Part shown: positions 57,978 to 64,000 of the stretch, piece by piece
Layout: the number at the start of each line of letters is the position of its first letter
How positions within the stretch are numbered: position 1 is the first letter of the stretch
Assembly (NCBI GenBank): GCA_051294375.1
Contig: CM119265.1
Location: forward strand, 13,632,124-13,696,123
DNA length: 64,000 nt
DNA from: Paraspadella gotoi
Taxonomy: Eukaryota > Animalia > Chaetognatha
Direction: 5' to 3'
Notes under the pieces: model-generated
The model's input: only the letters and a program-made list of their open reading frames with translations
Databases searched by the model: none
What the model was told of the DNA's origin: nothing
Program-made: the position numbers and the translations under genes

Positions 57978-60900
57978 GTCATCGACTTTTCACGATTTAC
58001 GCGATCTGGAAGCCGCGTTTCAAGACGATACTGAAGCCCAAGAGGGTTCTCCCTCCTCCACTAACTTGGGCAACACCTCACCTAATCTTGATTTTGTTCT
58101 TGTCTCATCAGATTTGGATGCTTGCAGGTTAACATACTTTACTAACGAATGTTTGCAATGTTTGCTGCTTCTTCATCATTTTCTCTTGTTATTATAAGGT
58201 CCTATATGTACTACTATAAAAATTTTTTAATGAAAATATGGGAAATCCTAGAACTTATGTTACTGCGAGTTCTGTACAATGCTTGCTTTTCCTGCTTATG
58301 AAAAACAATTTTTTTATTTAAATCATAAATTCTTTGACAGGTCAAAGAAAAAAACGTCTCGTTCGCCCTCATTTTGTTGCCGTTTCTCCCCTCGCATCGG
58401 ACGACTACGCCGTCGTCGCCAGACATCCTTTCCAGCGCGCTCCTCTCGTCTGGACCTCAGGTTCCATAATTCTCGATATCCAGATATCGCTCATTTGTGT
58501 TAATTGAACGATGTACGCTGTGTCGCTGCCACAATTATCTAGATGAACTAACCTTGATTTTTCTATCTCTTTTTATTATCAGAAAACTCGCTTATTGAAA
58601 TTCTTTAAACAAAGTGTAATTTCCTTAGGTGCGGCTTTAGCAAATTTGACTTGGATGTTGACGATTGTCAATCCAGTTTTTGGGGGGCGCGGTCGGATCC
58701 GACTACCCGAACCTACTCCTTAAATCGCGAAGCAGGTACGTTTCCAGGGATGATCTTGTTAAACTTGAATGATATGTTAAATAATTAATATCAATTATTT
58801 TGAAAATTATTCTAGGAAAGTCCAAACCACAATTTACCCACTTCATGAAAAGCATCGCAAAAAGTCTATCCTCTAAGAAGTCTTCATCCGGCGATTCAAA
58901 AAGATTTTCGGATCCCGACAAAGATTCGTGTGTCGGGGAAAAACAGCAGGATACGTCCTTCGAAGGTGAATGTGACGTACATGAAGTAAACGTCAACCCT
59001 ACATCCTTTCGAACCGGCTTCGGGAGATGCAAGAATATCTTCCAAAGTTTGAGCTTGAAGGAAGATATCCCCGATGTCCATAATTATGAGCAAACTGTAG
59101 CGTCTTTGGATTCTGCTTATGCCTCAGTCAACTACAACACCAATACTTCTGCATTTTCATTTCATTCGACGTCTTCGACAGCGGGGTTTTCAAATCGTGC
59201 TTGCCCTCTTACTTTTGAGGCTAAAAAAAATAATTATTTGCTGCCTTACAGTACTTAAATACGACGATCTCTAAAGTAACTTGTATGTATTTTTTCAATT
59301 CAAATATTTATGGCGTGGAAGGAAGCCGACAATGGATCAAAAGCAGTGTGCAATAAATAAAAGCTTCGCCCCGCCCCGCCGAGCGCTTTTGATTTATATT
59401 TATTCTTTTTTTTGCGAGAGTACAGTGCTCAGGGCGCTAAGTGGGCTGAAGACTATTATCCGTAACTTCTATGCCCCCTCAGCAGCCATGGAACGGGTCC
59501 TGGGCTTGGAACCAAGCTTGAGGGTTTTCCAGGCCCCCAAGGCGGTTTACGGCCGTCCTCACGCTTCCCGCAGGGTAGGTACCATTGGGAATCGATCCCC
59601 GTACCTAATGGTAATTAGCTGATGATAGTACTCAATGAGCCACCAGGTCACGACGGAACGATACATGCTTATAGGCGGGGTGCCCGACTGTTTGCAACTC
59701 TTAAAAAGTTATGTCCCCTTGTGTTCCGATTTAGCTTCGAATTCGAGAGGCGGAAATTAAACTCCAATGATAAGTTCAGTTAAGCAGTTCCATTTTTTAC
59801 TAGATGCCTTTGTTAAAACTTTTTTTTCAAATGAACAATTTAAGATTTAAAATTAAATAGTAGGGAAATAAAATAAGGTTTAAGTTGTTTTGACCTCTGT
59901 CTGTTTTTTTACTTTAAATGTTTTATCATTAGAAATTTATTTAAAAATTATCGCTACAATTTTAAATTTAATTAAATGTTTTGTACGATTTGAAAACTCC
60001 GAATGTCCTAAACAAGATTGTTACCACCAAAATCTAAATTGACACGATGTAGAGGTTCTGGACTCGAGGCTTCTTTTTTCGCTTATAACAATCCCCTGGA
60101 GTGTCAAAATTTCACAAATACTTATGCGGATCACTGCGCACAATCAGAATGTTGCTCGAGTAATTGTTGCGAAAGAACTAGACTTGAAAAGCGTGGTGCC
60201 GAAAAAGGTAAGCTGAAAATATTTTATCCTTTTCAATATCTATGCTTAAGGTTAATCATCTGCACCAGCTCATTCGATCCGACTTGAGAACCGACTGCTT
60301 CCCTTGCCAGTGGACTGTGGACCTATGGAGGATACAGATGGTGGACCTGGGGTAGGAAGCATACATCGATTATAACTGTCTCGAAATAGCATAATTTCTT
60401 TAAAGTTACTGTATTTGATATTTTAAGTATGGATATGACAACTGGCCATCAACAAATCGATCACAAACTTCAGAGGAAAAAATTAGTCGCTCGCAGAAAC
60501 AAAGCATTTCAAAAGATCGCTTCTCAGTAAGACCTGTTCCCAAGTATGCGGATCCGTATCATCCGGTCGCGGCCAATCTGACAAGTGCTCCGAGTCCTCA
60601 TCCTTCAGGAATACCTCGAAACCGTAATGAATCTCCGTCTGCCTTTTCCCCATCGAAAACACGAAGCTCCCCATCCGAACTTCTTTACAGGACACCGATT
60701 GAAAGAGATGGCGAGTTGGCTGTAAAAATTTTGACAATTAAAAACAATCATCTCGTACTGTATGAAATTGGTACAACCAATATAAAAATTATCCGGGTTA
60801 ATATTACTTTCGTCGACCGGGGTTTGGTGGGGTTTAGAGTTAGGGTAATTGGGTAATAATTATTTTTTTATCTCGCCAGACTGGCTTAAGCCAATTTTGG

Positions 60901-63900
60901 GCGTAGATAACCATTTAGTATTGCTTCTTTGTGTCGTCCTTACGCTATTTTAACATTGGAAATAGTTCAAGTGTGTAACCGTAGGAAGTTAAAAATTTAG
61001 ATAAGGCTTCTTATTATTGAAGTTTTTTAAATTGTTTTATATTCCTCCATTCATTTTTTTTATTTACAAAACAATTTTATATAGATTTTAAATACTATCT
61101 AGGAAAAAAGTTAGAAACATTTTTTTTTTAAAAGTTCATTTATTCAATAAAAAATATACAAAACATGGGTAAAACATTATCAATATTTGGTATGCCCTCC
61201 CTCGGCATCGACCACTGCCTGCATTCGTCTGGGCATGCTCCAGAGCGTGCTGACACACCAAATGTTTTTGATTTGTTGTATCGCCGTAAAAAATTTGCAA
61301 TGGTGGAACGAGGGATTCCAAGTCTATTGCTGATGAATTGTTGCGTCTTTCCCTCTTTTCTCAGAGCTACAATTGTACCTTTATGAACCAAAGAGAGGGG
61401 CTGTCTATTCGGCATAACCAAATTTAAAAAAATGAAAAAAATAACTAACTCAATTTGAAATAAAAACAAATAACTCAATACCAAGAATTGTGGAAAACTA
61501 AAGGCGATTTTTTCCGCCATTTTTCACTTGAGGTAGCAATCTTATTTTGCCTCTAACTTCTATACGGTTGGATCTACGAAAAAAATGGAAGGAAGCAACT
61601 GAAAGGAAATTTAGTGTAGAATCTGAAACATCCTGATTTTTTTAAAGATCGAGCAAGTTTTCGAGTAGATATCCTCAATTAAAAATGTTTCTAACTTTTT
61701 TCCTAGATAGTATATGAAATTGGTACAACCAATATAATATATATGTCGCTCTTTTAATTATTTGTCGCTCTTTTTTTCCGCCGCTGCCTTTTCTGATTTG
61801 TTTAAAAACGAGTTAAGCTCTGCAGCGGCTGTACAGCCTTTATTTTTTTTCTCTTTTTCGCTCTTTCTTTCTTTTTTTCTTTCTCTTTCTTTCTCTCTCA
61901 TTCAGACACTAATTTGTTTGTTTTATTTACGATGAATGACTCATCTCGTCAATGAATGACTATCATCGTGTCAATGAATGACTATCATCGTGTCAATGAA
62001 TGACTATCATCGTGTCAATGAATGACTATCATCGTGTCAATGAATGACTATCATCGTGTCAATGAATGACTATCATCGTGTCAATGAATGATTATCATCG
62101 TGTCAATGAATGATTATCATCGTGTCAATGAATGATTATCATCATGTCAATGAATGATTATCATCGCGTCAATGAATGAATATCATCGCGTCAATGAATG
62201 ATTATCATTTGGTTATCATCGCGTCAATCATTTGGTTATCATCGCATCAATTATTTGGTTATCATCGCATCAATCCTAATCAATTATTATTACATCAATC
62301 AATCAATAACTATTACATCAATCAATCAATTACTATTATATCACTCAATCAACTATTATTATATCACTCAATCAATTACTATTACATCAATAATTCGTTT
62401 TTTTTCTGATTTTTTCATTAATTTTCTTTGATAATAACGTTTAGCGAGATCACTTAAGATTTTTATTTTTTATTTAAAAATAAGTATTTTTAAGTAGTTT
62501 TTAAAAAGACGTCCAAGATGTACAGTCGGCGTTTTTTTTTAGTTTCCCATAGGCCTCGCTTATTCAAATCCTGGATCGCCCATTATTTAATATTTATACA
62601 TATTACATAATTCTAGGGTCGAATATTTTCGAGTCGGTTTTACAAGAACCTTCTGTCGAAAGACAACCCGGTTTACAGCGACCAGCGCCTTCTGATTTGG
62701 CCTTGAAAAACAAAAGACAGCCTGTAGAAGTTCCAGCGTCCTATAAGGCACTACCATCTATGCCGGTGAGAAGGAAATCGCCGCACTTTTTTACTATTTC
62801 TTTGATTATTATTGTACGTATTACTAAATAATAAAGGGTAGTAAAAAGTTTAAATTTAATTTAAATTAAAATTCTAAAAGTTAGGAATGAACAACGTTGT
62901 ACTAATGAACATTAATGTAATAAAAAAATTATAATTTTTGCAATTTTCGTAGTATGCTATATCTATATATAGTTCTAACCCTATAAGTATTAAAATTTCA
63001 AAATGGTTTATCAGATTTTTTTGAAGATTTGGATTTGTCATAAAACTTTGTTAAAAAGAAATGTAACTCTTTTTTAAAAATTTTTACATTAAGTTGGTCA
63101 AAAATTAGAAAAACCTATATTTATAACTGTAAATTAAATTTTTGTATATTAAATAGTTTTTTTAATTTTTAACCTACTTAATGAAAGAAAAAGAAAGAAT
63201 TATATTTTCTTTTATCAACTTAAAGAAAAGACCATTTTGAAATTTAGGATTTCTTAAGGATAGTACTATATATAAATATAGCCTAATGCGGAAATTAAAA
63301 AATATATATATATACGTTGTTCATAATTAACAATTAGAATTTTCATACGTGACTTTCACTTAATTTTGATATGTCGCCACATTTATGATTTTGCTCATAA
63401 AGTTTAACAGTTTTCTCCGAAGTTTTGGATATTTTATGCTTTTATAAGCACAATATCGAGATAAAATAGTTGTAACGAGTCTATGCCGAACGCACACGTA
63501 CAGTATGAACTACACTTGAGCTAGTGCCTAAGTGACATTTATTTTTTAGATAAACTCGAGCGCGTCGGCGGCACTTCCACTCGCTATCGCTTCGCATCCT
63601 CTCTCGACCGTCAATCCGGATGTTCCAGTAAATCGAACTTGGCATCAGGGAGAGCCCGCTGTCAGACAAAAGCTGTTTTTCTCAAAACGTACTGGGCGCA
63701 AGGTAAATTGAATTTTCAGTAGGGGTTTTGAATCGGATTTATTTAAACTTATAACCTCAAAGTGGTAATCCTTGTATTGTCTTTAGAATCCGTCGACCAG
63801 TATTTTTCGGTCATCATCATGGAACGAGTTGGGACCTCCCCCGTCTCCCCGTCGACAACGACATCTTCTTGCTGCCCTCCGAGATGCGCCCGTCAAGATG

Positions 63901-63962
63901 AAATGCGCAGATCAGCAACTTATCAACGGTTCACAAGATGACGCAGAATGTTTCTTCTACCG
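57978..63962 (+). CDS. Uncharacterised multi-exon Ser/Pro/Arg-rich protein (partial; one gene or two adjacent genes), continues past the window
   Basis: Phase-consistent runs: 57978-58127, 58341-58460, 58629-58735, 58816-(stop 59258); and 60053-60207, 60269-60351, 60428-60710 (GC donor), 62617-62765, 63550-63702, 63787-63962. Link between the two runs and the start codon were not resolved; no domain recognised. Confidence 0.6.
59460..59690 (-). mobile_element. Family B tRNA-headed element
   Basis: Reverse complement matches 27916-28105 over about 190 nt and carries the upstream ccccgcctataagca motif seen at about 16645-16665. Confidence 0.75.
61095..61710 (-). mobile_element. Tc1 transposon internal-deletion derivative
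   Basis: Perfect ~30-bp TIRs ctatctaggaaaaaagttagaaacattttt, TA TSD. Transposase N-terminus from ATG 61415 (MPNRQPLS...LGIPRSTIANFLRRY...RSG) is joined out of frame to the canonical Tc1 C-terminus SMPRRMQAVVDAEGGHTKY* (stop 61180-61182). Confidence 0.92.
61778..62465 (+). repeat. Family E repeat with 22-bp minisatellite (aatgaatgactatcatcgtgtc, about 10 near-perfect units at 61931-62180)
   Basis: Direct tandem units grading into aatcatttggttatcatcgcgtc variants; flanks match 8713-9345. Confidence 0.85.
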
Positions 63963-64000
63963 GTGAGAACAGTTTCGTTGTCTGAGGTATTTGCTTTCTA

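Noticed and set aside
61931-62260. CRISPR-like array
   Set aside because: Contiguous 22-bp tandem units without unique spacers, eukaryotic context: a minisatellite.

Overview
AT-rich animal (bilaterian invertebrate; taxon not determinable from sequence) nuclear DNA with spliced genes and a dense small-repeat complement. Seven protein-coding loci were assembled by hand from splice sites and reading phase: (1) a low-complexity, probably nuclear protein with a PLDLS motif (minus, 411-3483, 3' end unresolved); (2) a secreted 4x PAN/Apple-domain protein; (3) a secreted His-rich proprotein built from phase-1 symmetric exons; (4) a sex-peptide/MIP-receptor-like GPCR with an expanded third intracellular loop; (5) a tandem-CAP GAPR-1/GLIPR2-like protein; (6) an aristaless/Arx homeobox gene with an OAR tail; (7) an unrecognised S/P/R-rich multi-exon gene running off the right edge. 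The main non-genic signal is a set of miniature LTR retroelements (TRIMs): four complete insertions from three LTR families plus solo or partial LTRs. They have 4-bp TSDs, tRNA-like Pol III A/B boxes inside the LTRs and a shared, extended, two-part tRNA-Trp-like primer-binding site. Also present: three minimal Penelope-type hammerhead ribozyme motifs, a Tc1 internal-deletion derivative, several MITEs, a Helentron/DINE-like element, and a tandem repeat array that is strongly C>T/G>A mutated relative to its dispersed copies. Gene models are manual and unverified by transcripts.
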